From: a bacterium
GTDB lineage: Bacteria; Patescibacteriota; Patescibacteriia; UBA1558; S5-K13
Assembly: GCA_029555085.1 (NCBI GenBank)
Contig: JAKPTO010000038.1
Span: 1-29,635, forward strand
DNA: 29,635 nt
Direction: 5' to 3'
Positions 18,098-26,419 of this stretch are shown here, piece after piece. The translations under genes were made by a program, and so were the position numbers. How positions within the stretch are numbered: position 1 is the first letter of the stretch; each line of letters begins with the position of its first letter. The notes beneath the pieces are model-generated. The model saw only the letters and a program-made list of their open reading frames with translations, was not told the origin of the DNA and did no database searches.

Positions 18098-18183
18098 ATG
18101 AAAGAACCGAAGCACAATAAACAATAGGTTCTATAAGTGAAGAAACTGTAAGGAAATATATAGAAAATAAAAAGAATGCTTAG
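18098..18183 (+). pseudogene. tnpA: internally deleted Y1 (HUH) transposase remnant
   Basis: MKEPKHNK (from 18098) joined out of frame to TIGSISEETVRKYIENKKNA* (18121-18183), the typical IS200 TnpA C-terminal helix with the catalytic Tyr. Confidence 0.75.
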
Positions 18184-19330
18184 AGCCATCAAATATGAAC
18201 TTAATCCTACCAAGGCACAGAAAACCTTGATAAAACAATCTTGTGGTTGTTGTAGAAAGGTGTATAATGTGATGCTTGATAGGAAGATTGGTGCATATAA
18301 AAAAGATGGTACAACGCTTTCAGCATTTGAACTCATTAACCAACTACCCAAGCTGAAGTCTGAATTAGAATACTTAAAGGAATGCCCAAGTCAAGCATTA
18401 CAACAAGTAATCAAAAATCTTGATAAAGCATATCAGAACTTTTTCAGAAAAGGTGGTAATGGTTATCCTAAATTTAAGAAGAAAGGAATAAAAGATAGTT
18501 TCAGAATACCAGTTGCTTGTGCAATTGATTATGATAATTGGACTGTCAAAACAGCAAAAATTGGAACTATTAAAATATACAAGGGACATAACAAACAAAT
18601 TAAAGGAACAATTAAATCCTATACTATAACTCATACAAATACTGGTAAATATTTCATTTCAGTACTATATGAGACTATGGATAAACCTAAGTTGAATAAT
18701 AACAAGTCAGTTGGTATTGATATTGGCATTAAGGACTTTGCAACATTAAGTGATGGAACTGTGTTTGAAAACCAAAAACACTTGAAATCAAATCTTAAAA
18801 AATTAAGAGTATTGCAAAGAACTGCAAGCAGGAGATATCAAAAAAACAAAAAAAGAGAAGAACAGTCAAATAACTGGAAGAAGTCTGTAAGACAAGTTGC
18901 AAAATTACATGAACGCATTACCTTTCAAAGAAATGATTATTTGCATAAAATAAGTACATGGATAGCAAATAATTATTCTATAATATGTATAGAAACTTTG
19001 AATGTAAAGGGAATGATGAAAAACTATCATCTCGCACAAGCAATATCAGATTGTGGCTGGAGTAAGTTTGTTAATATGCTTGAATACAAATGTGATAATC
19101 TTGTCAAGATAGACAAGTGGTTTGCAAGTAGTCAGACTTGCTTTGAATGTGGATATAAAAACACAAACATAAAAGATTTGTCCATAAGAGAATGGACTTG
19201 TCCTGTTTGTGGAACATATCACAACAGAGATTTGAATGCTGCTAAAAATATAGAGAGGGAAGGACTATCCCTTTGTGGGCATAAAGTAAGTGGTTGCACT
19301 ATGCTTGCCCCAAGAACCCCACCACTTTAG
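18176..19330 (+). CDS. tnpB: TnpB RNA-guided endonuclease
   Basis: N-terminal HTH (GCCRKVYN), RuvC-I GIDIGIKDF, RuvC-II IETLNVKGM, zinc finger CFEC...CPVC, RuvC-III HNRDLNAAKNI. Confidence 0.95.
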   Translation: MLRAIKYELNPTKAQKTLIKQSCGCCRKVYNVMLDRKIGAYKKDGTTLSAFELINQLPKLKSELEYLKECPSQALQQVIKNLDKAYQNFFRKGGNGYPKFKKKGIKDSFRIPVACAIDYDNWTVKTAKIGTIKIYKGHNKQIKGTIKSYTITHTNTGKYFISVLYETMDKPKLNNNKSVGIDIGIKDFATLSDGTVFENQKHLKSNLKKLRVLQRTASRRYQKNKKREEQSNNWKKSVRQVAKLHERITFQRNDYLHKISTWIANNYSIICIETLNVKGMMKNYHLAQAISDCGWSKFVNMLEYKCDNLVKIDKWFASSQTCFECGYKNTNIKDLSIREWTCPVCGTYHNRDLNAAKNIEREGLSLCGHKVSGCTMLAPRTPPL

Positions 19331-19362
19331 TGGTGGAAGTAGTCAGAGTTCATAGATGTAGT
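19200..19362 (+). ncRNA. predicted TnpB omega/reRNA (5' boundary approximate) with guide starting at 19346
   Basis: Inferred from established TnpB biology: the scaffold overlaps the tnpB 3' end and right end, and the guide is the adjacent flank GAGTTCATAGATGTAGT. Confidence 0.5.
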
Positions 19363-19381
19363 ACTTTTAAAATTACAAATC

Positions 19382-20209
19382 ATGAAAAATAAAACTTTAC
19401 TTATTATATCAATTCTTTTAGGAATTGGTGTTATTGCAATGGCCGTGGTTGCAACTAAAACTAATAAACCAAATGATCCACCATCGCCAATAGCTACCGA
19501 GAATTTATTTATGTCAGTGAAATCAACACATAATCCGTTTGATCTTCAAGCTATTGAAGTTGAAGCTGCAAAGGAACGAGCTAAAACTGATACCACAGTA
19601 AATACGAATTATATATTTGTCACTGCGGTAACAGCAATTAGTGGTGGTGTTATAAATGATATGGTAACCCCAAAGGTGACTGCTTTGGCCAGAGGTGTTT
19701 GTTGGGACACCAATCCCGATCCGACAGTTGAGGACTCATTTACTATTAATGGTAGTGGTAATGGTTCTTTTTATAGTGTAATTACTGGTTTGTCTCCAAA
19801 CACACCTTATTATGTACGATCATATGGAAAATACATATGGAATGAAAGTCAAAATGTGTTTTATAGTTATGGTCCTGAAGTGACATTCACAACAACCAAT
19901 TGGATGCCACCATTTACTTGTATACATAAAACGATCGAAAAATTAACTCCCGATGTTATTGAAATGATATATAATTATAATGATTTGAATAATAAAGGAT
20001 TTAAAGTGGACGGATTTCAAGTGAAAGTTAATGATATCAATGTGAAAATAAAATCAATGAAGATCGTTAATAATGTGATGTATTTGACAATAAATAAAAG
20101 TGTGGGGCCATCAGATGTTGTTATGATAAAATATATTAAAGAACCATCAAGTGATGAAGAAACAAATCCATTTATTGGATGGACTGAAGTTTTTAATAAT
20201 ATACTTTAA
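19382..20209 (+). CDS. secreted or membrane-anchored protein with FN3-like and possible SwmB-like domains
   Basis: Hydrophobic N-terminus; ARGVCWDTNPDPTV...ITGLSPNTPYYVRSY...YGPEVTFTT FN3-like module of the kind seen in Bacteroidota surface proteins. Confidence 0.75.
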   Translation: MKNKTLLIISILLGIGVIAMAVVATKTNKPNDPPSPIATENLFMSVKSTHNPFDLQAIEVEAAKERAKTDTTVNTNYIFVTAVTAISGGVINDMVTPKVTALARGVCWDTNPDPTVEDSFTINGSGNGSFYSVITGLSPNTPYYVRSYGKYIWNESQNVFYSYGPEVTFTTTNWMPPFTCIHKTIEKLTPDVIEMIYNYNDLNNKGFKVDGFQVKVNDINVKIKSMKIVNNVMYLTINKSVGPSDVVMIKYIKEPSSDEETNPFIGWTEVFNNIL

Positions 20210-20220
20210 TATCGAAAACA

Positions 20221-20442
20221 ATGAAGTCACTTAACGAAATGAAATGTGGTGGTGAAGATGTCACATATGAAAAATTAAAACAAAGAACCATAGAAATACA
20301 ACAAGAAAGAATTGCTAATTGTAAAAAACATAAACTTGTTTTTGTTCGAAACATTTACAACGACTCTGAACCAAAAAGTGAATGGCAATGTTCTGAATGT
20401 GGAAAAATTAAATACAAAAGATACTACAATAAAAGAGGTTGA
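20221..20442 (+). CDS. small zinc-finger-like hypothetical protein
   Basis: CKKH...CSECG. Confidence 0.65.
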   Translation: MKSLNEMKCGGEDVTYEKLKQRTIEIQQERIANCKKHKLVFVRNIYNDSEPKSEWQCSECGKIKYKRYYNKRG

Positions 20443-20460
20443 AAATGGTATTTATTTTAT

Positions 20461-21225
20461 GTGAATACCATCAGTAAAATATTTTTTGTTTTATTTTTAA
20501 TTTTATTAGTACAAGAAAACCCATATTATAATAAATTTAAAAGACCATCGACTTATGGAATAACACAATATGTGGAAAAATTCCAAGACATAATAATCAA
20601 GGAGTACACCGATAATGTTGATAGTCTTTTTCATATTGATGTCTTTACTGAAAATTTAAGTCTTTATGGTGGTAAAAATGATTTAGGTGCTTTTTTTCCG
20701 GGTGATAACATTATCATACTCACAAATAAGGAAAAATACATTGAATATGAATTTAAAAATTTAACCAAATCAAAACAACGATTAATAACATATCGTGATC
20801 GAACAGTCAAAGCCGTTTTATTTCATGAATTAACGCACGCTTATTTTTATCAAACAGTTGCACAAATGAAAATGAGTGGTTTATATGTGTCGTCAGAATA
20901 TTCCTTTCTTAATCTTTTTCCTCAGTTGGATTTACGATTAGGTGCTGAGTTTATAGAAGAAGGAATTTGTGAATATGTTGTTTATTATTTAAAAGAATCC
21001 TCACCACTGGTAAATCCGTTCATACCAAAAACAGTAAAAGATGTTGTGGATTCGTCTAATGAGATATATGTAAAATATCACTATTCCGTATATTTTCTCA
21101 CCGATTTCCTTGATAAATACGGTATAAAAAAAGGAATTGAAATACTCGTAAGTAACAAACCACCAAGTTATGAGGAAATGGTCAATCCAAAATTATTTTT
21201 TGAACGGTTAATCTATCCGTCATAG
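20461..21225 (+). CDS. secreted or anchored zincin metallopeptidase
   Basis: Hydrophobic N-terminus, HELTH motif and downstream FIEEGICEY (gluzincin-like third ligand). Confidence 0.75.
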   Translation: MNTISKIFFVLFLILLVQENPYYNKFKRPSTYGITQYVEKFQDIIIKEYTDNVDSLFHIDVFTENLSLYGGKNDLGAFFPGDNIIILTNKEKYIEYEFKNLTKSKQRLITYRDRTVKAVLFHELTHAYFYQTVAQMKMSGLYVSSEYSFLNLFPQLDLRLGAEFIEEGICEYVVYYLKESSPLVNPFIPKTVKDVVDSSNEIYVKYHYSVYFLTDFLDKYGIKKGIEILVSNKPPSYEEMVNPKLFFERLIYPS

Positions 21226-21266
21226 TAAAAAGTCGCGCGATATATTTATATTAAAATGTGTGTATC

Positions 21267-22823
21267 ATGCGACTATTTTTTTTAACACGAACATTTTTAT
21301 TAACCTTATTATTACTTGTTTGTGGTAATTTAAATGCCACCAAGTATTTTATTTCTCCAAATGGAAGTGATGGATATAGTGGTACATCTGAACGCCCATG
21401 GAAAACATTATCATACGCAAGTACAAGGGTTGTTAGTGGTGATGTTATTCAATTTGTTAACGGTATTTTTCCGTATGATGAAAATGTATCTTATATACCG
21501 GCAGGTGTTAATATTGAAGGATATCCGGGGAAAACGATATTAATAAGACCCCGTATTGTCTTCATGGGGATTGGTGGTGACCAACATATTTCGGGGATTG
21601 TTTTTGATGGTGATAATGTTCCGAATCATAACGCAATTTTAATTTTACATAGAAGTCATATTAGAATAACTAATTGTAAATTTATAAATTTCAAAGATGG
21701 TAATCTATATTATGCGTCAAACGAATATAAATACGCAATTGAAATGAGATGGACACATGATATTGAAATTGATAATAATATCTTAGAATGTGGTATTCGT
21801 TCGTTATATGATAATCGTAATTTAAATATACACCACAATAATATAGGTAAGCCGGTAATGAATACCGAACCCGAAATTGGAATTTATTTGTGTGATGTGG
21901 ATTATGTTCGAATATGGAACAATAAGTTTAAAAATTTGGCCACATTTATAGAATTTTCATCTTTTGGTGAAACAAAACTCTTTAATATTTATGTTTTCTG
22001 TAACTTGATGATAAATTCGGGTGTAAGTTCACCAGATAAATGGGGTTATGGTTGTGGTGTTGACTTTGCAGGAACAACCAAAGGTATTGTACGAAATATC
22101 AATATTGTTAATAATACCATTGTTGGTGAACCAGATGATAGATATACCATGATTGGGATTTTTTTACCATCTGTTAATAATGCAAAACAAATAACAATCA
22201 TAAACAATATTATTTTTGGATTCCAATACGCATCAATTTTTGGTGCTGGTGAAGGCACTAAAATTGATTCGATTATTGTGGAATCAAATATTTTATATGG
22301 TAACGCAGTGAAAGATCGTACATACGCACCCAATAATTTACCATTTTTTCCTGATATGAGAAAACCAACAAATAGTATTCAACGAGAGAATATAATTGAA
22401 GATCCGGAATTTGTTGGAAACGGTGATTATCATTTAAAAACATCTTCACCCGGAATCGGAATTGGTATTTCTGTAGAATGGATCGATTCCTATCTTGATG
22501 GTGATAAATATTTTGGGTTAATAAATATTGGAGCATATAATGGTTATCCTGAGACAGACCCAATACCAAATTATGACCCAAACGATGGTCTTTTTATATA
22601 TCCGGTTCCAGTTGATGATAACATAACTGTTATTGTTACGGATCCAGATTTTACACCAACACAATTACGAATTTATGATATGAATGGCAGAGAAATATTA
22701 TATATAAGAATGACATCAGAAACTATTTTAAATTATCCAGTTAATTTATTACCTGGTATTTATTTGGTAAAAGTGACAAACGATAATAATAATATATTGG
22801 TGAAAAAAATAGTTACGAAATGA
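21267..22823 (+). CDS. right-handed beta-helix (pectin-lyase-like) protein with signal peptide and T9SS type A C-terminal sorting domain
   Basis: Signal peptide ending LNA/TKYFISPNGSD...PWKT (DUF1565-like), IxNNxI repeats, DPEFV...DYHLKTSSPGI, and a C-terminal IYPVPV...IYDMNGREI...LLPGIYLVKV...KKIVTK. Confidence 0.85.
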   Translation: MRLFFLTRTFLLTLLLLVCGNLNATKYFISPNGSDGYSGTSERPWKTLSYASTRVVSGDVIQFVNGIFPYDENVSYIPAGVNIEGYPGKTILIRPRIVFMGIGGDQHISGIVFDGDNVPNHNAILILHRSHIRITNCKFINFKDGNLYYASNEYKYAIEMRWTHDIEIDNNILECGIRSLYDNRNLNIHHNNIGKPVMNTEPEIGIYLCDVDYVRIWNNKFKNLATFIEFSSFGETKLFNIYVFCNLMINSGVSSPDKWGYGCGVDFAGTTKGIVRNINIVNNTIVGEPDDRYTMIGIFLPSVNNAKQITIINNIIFGFQYASIFGAGEGTKIDSIIVESNILYGNAVKDRTYAPNNLPFFPDMRKPTNSIQRENIIEDPEFVGNGDYHLKTSSPGIGIGISVEWIDSYLDGDKYFGLINIGAYNGYPETDPIPNYDPNDGLFIYPVPVDDNITVIVTDPDFTPTQLRIYDMNGREILYIRMTSETILNYPVNLLPGIYLVKVTNDNNNILVKKIVTK

Positions 22824-22831
22824 CAAAATAT

Positions 22832-22862
22832 TTTGAAAATATATAAAATTTTCTTATTTTTG
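22832..22862 (+). promoter_or_regulatory. Bacteroidota sigma70-type promoter (-33/-7)
   Basis: TTTG 22832-22835, 19-nt spacer, TATTTTTG 22855-22862. Confidence 0.7.
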
Positions 22863-22882
22863 TTTCATTAAATAGTAAATAT

Positions 22883-23065
22883 ATGGAAGTATTTTTGGCT
22901 AAGGCAAAACAAAGAATACCGTTAGAAAAAGTGGTTGTAAAAAAAGGTGAAAAAATAACTGTTATGAAACAAGAAAAACTAGTTTATTTATGGCACCACA
23001 CAGGTATTTACAAAATTGATGACATATATGTAGGAAGAATAATTAAATATTATAAAAGAAATTGA
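22883..23065 (+). CDS. small basic hypothetical protein
   Basis: 60-aa ORF downstream of a promoter. Confidence 0.6.
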   Translation: MEVFLAKAKQRIPLEKVVVKKGEKITVMKQEKLVYLWHHTGIYKIDDIYVGRIIKYYKRN

Positions 23066-23066
23066 A

Positions 23067-23435
23067 ATGGCAACTGTGGTAAAAATTCCAGCTCAAATTA
23101 AAAATGTAAAAGATAAACACATATCAGAATATTTTGGATTTGTGGCGACAAAACAAAAGAATTTGAGTATTGCACTTATGACAACGCAAGCGGGATGGGA
23201 AGAAGAACCACAGACAGCTAAATTTGATGAATATATTTTTGTCATTTCTGGTGTTTTATATGTAAAAACGAAGGGAGATGATCATATTATTCGAGCCAAT
23301 GAAGCTATTGAAATTAAAAAAGGAGAAATAGTTCAATATTGTACACCATTTACATCTGGTGCTGTTTATTTATCTATTTGTTTACCAGCATTTCGTCCAA
23401 TATTAGTGAAACAGTCAACAATAAAAAAACAATGA
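23067..23435 (+). CDS. cupin domain protein (EutQ-like)
   Basis: ISEYFG...SIALM...GWEEEPQTAKFDEY...GAVYLSICLPAF pattern. Confidence 0.8.
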   Translation: MATVVKIPAQIKNVKDKHISEYFGFVATKQKNLSIALMTTQAGWEEEPQTAKFDEYIFVISGVLYVKTKGDDHIIRANEAIEIKKGEIVQYCTPFTSGAVYLSICLPAFRPILVKQSTIKKQ

Positions 23436-23683
23436 AACAATTTAAAGAATTTGATTTAAGAGAAAGAGGTGAAATCGTTCTATTAGCAAAAGAAAGTTCA
23501 AAAACCTTATCTGCACAGCCATTAATTGATTATTTTCAGAATATTTTTTATCAAAAAGAGAATCTTAAAGATTTATTTATTGATTTTTTTATTTTCCATA
23601 ATCCAGATAATCAAAAAGTAAAAAAAGAAATTGGTGATTTTTTTGATCGGTGGTACGAATCGTCACAAACTGTTCAAAAATAA
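23432..23683 (+). CDS. hypothetical protein
   Basis: Start moved to the ATG at 23432, which overlaps the cupin stop (ATGA). Confidence 0.65.
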   Translation: MKQFKEFDLRERGEIVLLAKESSKTLSAQPLIDYFQNIFYQKENLKDLFIDFFIFHNPDNQKVKKEIGDFFDRWYESSQTVQK

Positions 23684-23690
23684 TTACCAT

Positions 23691-23909
23691 ATGAAAAAAT
23701 CCTATACCAAATATCTTATTGAAGATTCTGTGCCCGATCTTCAAAAAATAATACCCCAAAAACGAGGTTTAAGAGAAATCACAATTGTGGTAATGATACC
23801 AACAGCAATAGTTGGTCTTGGCGTAATGTCGATGATGTTACCCATGACGATGACTATTGATAGTTACAAAAATTTAAAGGACCAATATAAAATTAAAATC
23901 AACAAATGA
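23691..23909 (+). CDS. small membrane protein
   Basis: ATG at 23691; one hydrophobic segment; overlaps the sigma factor start. Confidence 0.55.
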   Translation: MKKSYTKYLIEDSVPDLQKIIPQKRGLREITIVVMIPTAIVGLGVMSMMLPMTMTIDSYKNLKDQYKIKINK

Positions 23910-24433
23910 ATGAACACGAATTAGTTGCTGCAGCTAAAAGACGCGAAAATTCTGCATTTACTACTATAATGAAAAGATATCAAAGTCAAATGTATTATAT
24001 GATATATAATATGGTAAATGATCGAACACTTGCTGAAGATTTAACCATGGAAGTTTTTGAAAAATGTTTTCAAAAAATTGATATGTACACACCAACATAC
24101 AGATTAAGTACGTGGTTATTTAGAATAGGTCGAAATCACACAATTGATTACATAAGAACACAAGTAAAAAATAAACCTACATTTGTTGAGTTAAACAACA
24201 CATTTCATGACGGTAATTACACACCCGAGCAAGAGATGATAATGAAAGAGGATGATGTCAGATTAAATCTCGCGGTAAATTCATTAAAATCTATGTATCG
24301 GGATGTTTTTTTATTAAGATGTGATGGAGATTCATATCAGGAAATATCAGAAAAACTTGGACTACCTATTAATACCGTAAAAATTCGGCTTAAAAGAGGA
24401 AGAGAACAATTAGAAAAAAAATTAATATTATAA
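23906..24433 (+). CDS. ECF-type RNA polymerase sigma-70 factor
   Basis: Region 2 AEDLTMEVFEK...LSTWLFRIGRNHTIDYIR; region 4 SYQEISEKLGLPINTVKIRLKRGR. Confidence 0.92.
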   Translation: MNEHELVAAAKRRENSAFTTIMKRYQSQMYYMIYNMVNDRTLAEDLTMEVFEKCFQKIDMYTPTYRLSTWLFRIGRNHTIDYIRTQVKNKPTFVELNNTFHDGNYTPEQEMIMKEDDVRLNLAVNSLKSMYRDVFLLRCDGDSYQEISEKLGLPINTVKIRLKRGREQLEKKLIL

Positions 24434-24465
24434 TTTGGTTAAAAACGAAATTTTATTTATATTTG
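24434..24465 (+). promoter_or_regulatory. Bacteroidota sigma70-type promoter (-33/-7)
   Basis: TTTG 24434-24437, 20-nt spacer, TATATTTG 24458-24465, upstream of metK. Confidence 0.8.
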
Positions 24466-24490
24466 TAAAACAACATAATAATTTAATTTT

Positions 24491-25636
24491 ATGAAAAAAT
24501 ACATAAGTTCGGAATATGTGGGGATTGGTCATCCCGATAAAATTGCCGACCAAATTTCAGACACAATATTAGATAAATTTTTAAGTGTTAATCCAAAATC
24601 AAGAGTGGCCGTTGAAACACTTGTATCTGATAATAAAGTTATTGTTGCTGGAGAAGTAAATAGTGATATTACAATTAGTGATGATGATTTAAAAGAAGAA
24701 ATTATTAAAACGGTTTCTAGAATTGGTTATAAAAAAGATATTCCATGTACTTTTCGTGAAGATAATCTTGATATTAGTATTTTTTTAAGACAACAGTCAC
24801 CAAATATACAGGAAAGTGTTGATAAATCTAATGGTACTATTGGCGCGGGTGACCAAGGTATTATGTTTGGATATGCAACATCCGAAGAATCAGCTTTTTA
24901 TCTTCCGATGCCATATGTGTTGGCCGCAGAGCTTCTTATAACATTAAATTTTAAAATCAATACTGGTGAACTTGACGGAATTTATACGGATAACAAATCA
25001 CAAGTTTGTTGTGTTTATGATAATGATAGGATATATATTGACAAAATAATTCTTTCAACATTTCATAATAAAAAATTAAATGTTAATGATGTTCGAAAAA
25101 TACTTAAACAAAAAGTAATAGATGATGTACTTAAAGGGTATGAACGATTTATTTTAAAAGATCATGATATTAAATTTCTCATTAATTCAGCCGGACCATT
25201 TTGGGTTGGTGGTCCTGAGGCTGATACTGGTTTGACTGGTAGAAAAATTATTGCCGACACTTATGGTGGTTTTGCACCACATGGTGGTGGTGCATTTAGT
25301 GGTAAAGATCCATCCAAAGTAGATAGATCTGCAACATATATGGCTCGACATATTGCAAAAAATTTAGTTGCGAATGGTTATTGTAATCACGCAACAGTAC
25401 AATTGTCATATGCAATTGGAGACACACAACCATTTAGTATATCAGTTAGCAGTGATCAAGTAAATATTGATAAATCATTAGAACAAAAAATTTTTGAAAC
25501 ATTTGATTTATCACCACAAGGAATTATTAATTATTTAGAATTAACAAATCCTTTACGAGTTAAATATAAAACAATCTCATCTGGTGGTCATTTTTTCGGA
25601 TTAAATACCCCGTGGGAAAAAATCATATCTTTTTAA
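24491..25636 (+). CDS. metK: S-adenosylmethionine synthetase
   Basis: GHPDKIADQISD, GAGDQGIMFGYA, DTGLTGRKII and GGGAFSGKDPSKVDRS signatures. Confidence 0.96.
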   Translation: MKKYISSEYVGIGHPDKIADQISDTILDKFLSVNPKSRVAVETLVSDNKVIVAGEVNSDITISDDDLKEEIIKTVSRIGYKKDIPCTFREDNLDISIFLRQQSPNIQESVDKSNGTIGAGDQGIMFGYATSEESAFYLPMPYVLAAELLITLNFKINTGELDGIYTDNKSQVCCVYDNDRIYIDKIILSTFHNKKLNVNDVRKILKQKVIDDVLKGYERFILKDHDIKFLINSAGPFWVGGPEADTGLTGRKIIADTYGGFAPHGGGAFSGKDPSKVDRSATYMARHIAKNLVANGYCNHATVQLSYAIGDTQPFSISVSSDQVNIDKSLEQKIFETFDLSPQGIINYLELTNPLRVKYKTISSGGHFFGLNTPWEKIISF

Positions 25637-25645
25637 AATAATCAA

Positions 25646-26128
25646 ATGAAAAAATTTTTAATTACAACTCTATTATTAGTTTTCACATTAATATCTGTTA
25701 ATGGACAAAATAAATGGAAGGGTTTTTGGAAACCAGTAGAAGATGATCTTTTCACCAATCCCGAAATTATGACATTCCGTGGTATTGAGGATCCCACCCG
25801 TGGTATTTGGTTATTTAAATTTGATGCACAAATAACCGCAGTTCAATTATTATGGAGCAAAGAAAAAAAGAAGTTTTTGGCAACACCACTTAGTTCTACT
25901 GGTTTAGGTATTGGATATCGCCATTATGTTCAATACAATAGTGAACCTTATTGTGATTTTGCCATCAATCTCTTATGGTTGGTTGGATTTGAATGGAATG
26001 AACCAACAGAAGCTGATTTTTCACTAGCTAGTACGGTGACAATTCTTGAATATGTTAATATTGGTGGCGGTTATAATTTTACAGAGAAATCACCATTATT
26101 ATTAATGGGAGCTATTGTCAAATTTTAA
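25646..26128 (+). CDS. secreted protein, possible small outer-membrane beta-barrel
   Basis: Signal peptide (SVNG/Q), amphipathic strands, C-terminal GAIVKF. Confidence 0.6.
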   Translation: MKKFLITTLLLVFTLISVNGQNKWKGFWKPVEDDLFTNPEIMTFRGIEDPTRGIWLFKFDAQITAVQLLWSKEKKKFLATPLSSTGLGIGYRHYVQYNSEPYCDFAINLLWLVGFEWNEPTEADFSLASTVTILEYVNIGGGYNFTEKSPLLLMGAIVKF

Positions 26129-26134
26129 AAAAAA

Positions 26135-26404
26135 ATGAAATATAAAATAAAACCAGATATTAACATGAAACTCCAAGTTTGGACACTTGAAAAACGACAA
26201 GGTACAAAATGGATAAAAGTTTTCACCTCCGAAGATCTATATGAAGTTAGAATTATGAAAGATCATCTTTTAAAACCACCCACAATTTACACAAGAAAAA
26301 ATAATATACCAGAAAAACCGATACGTGTAAGAGGAAAGGGAATAAAACCCAAAACTCAAAGAATAAAAATGAAAAGATCGGAATTACCACCATCATTACA
26401 ATAA
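26135..26404 (+). CDS. basic hypothetical protein
   Basis: 89-aa K/R-rich ORF. Confidence 0.6.
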   Translation: MKYKIKPDINMKLQVWTLEKRQGTKWIKVFTSEDLYEVRIMKDHLLKPPTIYTRKNNIPEKPIRVRGKGIKPKTQRIKMKRSELPPSLQ

Positions 26405-26419
26405 ATTGATAAAAAAATA

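Larger units (their letters stand above)
17961..19345 (+). mobile_element. IS200/IS605-family element, non-autonomous (tnpA deleted, tnpB intact)
   Basis: Left-end hairpin CCCACTTCTTTAGTTGTGGG and right-end hairpin CCACCACTTTAGTGGTGG followed by AAGTAGTCA; preceded by TTAAT; no target duplication. Confidence 0.85.

Noticed and set aside
18176-19330. Cas12f-type CRISPR effector
   Set aside because: No repeat-spacer array was seen anywhere in the window, and IS605 ends and a tnpA remnant flank the gene.
17961-19345. IStron (group I intron plus TnpB), suggested by the in-frame empty site
   Set aside because: The 215 nt before tnpB are accounted for by the left-end hairpin, a promoter and the tnpA remnant. 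There is no room for a group I core, and the element ends in A, not the terminal G.
11416-21250. TATTTAT(A/T) as a general late-promoter motif (11416, 16963, 20449, 21243)
   Set aside because: Such an all-A/T word is expected many times by chance at this composition. It cannot be supported without genome-wide statistics and is kept only as a hypothesis for the 21227 hairpin.
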